Shown here: positions 62,457-64,000 of the stretch, piece after piece
Numbering within the stretch: the stretch's first letter is position 1
How the letters are laid out: each line of letters begins with the position of its first letter
DNA from: Candidatus Multivorans sp.
GTDB taxonomy: Bacteria; Acidobacteriota; Thermoanaerobaculia; Multivoradales; Multivoraceae
DNA length: 64,000 bases
NCBI GenBank assembly: GCA_965247095.1
Contig: OZ251997.1
Location: forward strand, 224,001 to 288,000
Direction: 5' to 3'
Translations under genes and position numbers: made by a program
Notes under the pieces: model-generated
Databases searched by the model: none
What the model was told of the DNA's origin: nothing
What the model saw: the letters and a program-made list of their open reading frames with translations, nothing else

Positions 62457-64000
62457 ATGAAGACGATGACGCACTCTGGCGGGAACCACCGCGGCGGGAA
62501 CATCGGGGCTTTCGGTGCGGCTTTCGCCGTTCTCTGTGGTTCCGCCTTGCCCGCGCAGGCGCCGGCGCCCTCCGCCGAGCCGGGACTCGCCGAAGGACTT
62601 GCCTACGTGGTCTTGCAGGCGGTGGTCTACCGCGAGGCCTCTGCGGAGGTGACCCTTCTGGCGACGAACGCGGAGGGCGTCGAGCAGGAACTGCCGGTGA
62701 CCAGCGATCAGTACTACGAGGTGTACCTGTTCGAGCCCGGGCCGTGGCTCGTGCGTCCGGCTCAGGGCAGCGGTTTCTGGGGCCGCGAGACCCTGATCGA
62801 TCCCGATGCCGCGACGAGCGAAGGGATCGCCTCGGTCCAGGACGGCGTGGAGGTGCAACCGGAGGTCGTTCCGGTGTTCGAGATACCGGTCTACCCGGCG
62901 GTAGCGGTCAGCGGCCGTGTGGTGGGCGCCTCTCGTCCGGGTGGAACGCTCCGGATCGTGCTTGGCGACGTGGATCCCGAGAACACGGACCCGCGGTTCC
63001 ACGTCCAGCGCGTAGTGGTCAGGTGCCCGGTGGCGGGCGACGGCCGGTGGTCGTGCGAGTTGCCGGCCGCGCTCGTTCACCTTGCGTTCTGGCGGCCCGG
63101 CCACTCGCCGGAGTACCGGTGGAACACTCCCCTGCAAGGTCGACGGCAGCTCGCCCTGGGCGATCAGGAGCTCGTTCCCGGAGCGAGTCTTGCCGGCTTC
63201 GTCGCCCCTGGCCCCGGCTTCCAGGGTTTCGTCGACCACTGTGTCGTGCATGTCGCGGCGGGCGATCCGGCCCTGTGGACAACCAGTCTCGAGCCGGTGC
63301 TGACGACCGTCGAGGTGGCTGACGACGGCTTTTTTCAGGCGCCGGGCCTGGACGCCGGCAGACGCTGGATTCAGGTGGACTGCGACGGCCGGGTTGCGGC
63401 CCGGGCCGGACCGTACGAACTGGCGAAGAACGTCGAGACTTTCCCGCGCAACCGTGTGCTGCTGGCGAGGAGTCACCTCCTGGACGTGTTCGTGCAGCCC
63501 GCTGATCCGCCCTACGGCAGCCATTGGATTGCGCGGCTCAAGCAGATCAGGGAGCACGATTCGCCGGAGTTCCGGTTCCGCTACGTGAAGAGGGAGTACC
63601 CGCAGCAGACGGCAGTGGTCGAGAGCGGCCACGCCCGGTTCGATGTCCCCGGCGACGGCGCCTTCACGGTGGAAATCCAGGATGCCATCGGTGGGTGGTT
63701 CGGTGACTTGGACTATCTCGAAGTCGTGGGCGATCGGTCGGTGGTTGTTGAACTGGAGTTGGTGCCCGTCGTTGGCCAGGTGACGCTGGACGGCGTCCCG
63801 CTGGCGGGCTACGTGTTCTTCGGCGGGCGCGGCGCGTCGCCGGAGTTGACCTTCAGGATCGGTGAGGACGGGTGGTTCCGGGGCGCGTTGCCTGGGCGGG
63901 AGGGCTGGCGGGTCGACGTGGCTTCGTCGGAACGCGATGTGGCGCAGTCGTTCCACGACGTCGATGTGCCGGCGAACGAGCCCCTGGCGCTGGAACTCGC
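62457..64000 (+). CDS. Exported protein with carboxypeptidase-regulatory-like repeats, partial
   Basis: Manual translation MKTMTHSGG...ALPAQA..., CPVAGDGRWSCELPA, GASLAG, DDGFFQAPGL, VVGQVTLDGVPL, GEDGWFRGALP; open to the window end. Confidence 0.7.
   Translation, partial: MKTMTHSGGNHRGGNIGAFGAAFAVLCGSALPAQAPAPSAEPGLAEGLAYVVLQAVVYREASAEVTLLATNAEGVEQELPVTSDQYYEVYLFEPGPWLVRPAQGSGFWGRETLIDPDAATSEGIASVQDGVEVQPEVVPVFEIPVYPAVAVSGRVVGASRPGGTLRIVLGDVDPENTDPRFHVQRVVVRCPVAGDGRWSCELPAALVHLAFWRPGHSPEYRWNTPLQGRRQLALGDQELVPGASLAGFVAPGPGFQGFVDHCVVHVAAGDPALWTTSLEPVLTTVEVADDGFFQAPGLDAGRRWIQVDCDGRVAARAGPYELAKNVETFPRNRVLLARSHLLDVFVQPADPPYGSHWIARLKQIREHDSPEFRFRYVKREYPQQTAVVESGHARFDVPGDGAFTVEIQDAIGGWFGDLDYLEVVGDRSVVVELELVPVVGQVTLDGVPLAGYVFFGGRGASPELTFRIGEDGWFRGALPGREGWRVDVASSERDVAQSFHDVDVPANEPLALEL

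Overview
High-GC chromosomal segment. The gene content (Oar-type TonB-dependent receptors, VWFA-related acidobacterial proteins, sulfatase-TPR, CRTAC1/ASPIC proteins) points to an Acidobacteriota genome; this is an inference. Left to right: an aromatic-amine/methylamine dehydrogenase-type TTQ cluster (mauBEDA plus a monoheme cytochrome c, no mauG), divergent from a TonB receptor and a Tat lipoprotein; pyrE, a cytochrome c multidomain protein and a sulfatase-TPR gene; a small ORF, mog and a penicillin acylase. Next come three paralogs of an uncharacterised exported protein, split by a lower-GC decayed island (~18.1-23.6 kb). The island holds a tyrosine integrase pseudogene, intact ApeA-like HEPN and DUF5677-like genes, a promoter-driven structured RNA with a tRNA-like core, an SNF2 helicase pseudogene, hicB/hicA' and a second candidate small RNA. 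Then follow a Mo-cofactor-related gene, an M20 amidohydrolase, a two-permease RND system, a TonB receptor, a five-copy VWA gene array (three intact, two deleted) and CRTAC1/TPR genes. The right end has a Tat-exported ThDP enzyme with a cytochrome c, a second penicillin acylase, a BtuB-like receptor, DUF1080, a Rieske-ThDP fusion, map, an AAA/DUF4143 ATPase and a partial exported protein. Best candidate for a new system: the tRNA-mimic RNA (6-nt anticodon loop, alternative closing stem) directly upstream of DUF5677-like and ApeA-like HEPN genes. All family calls come from motif recognition by eye; no searches were run.
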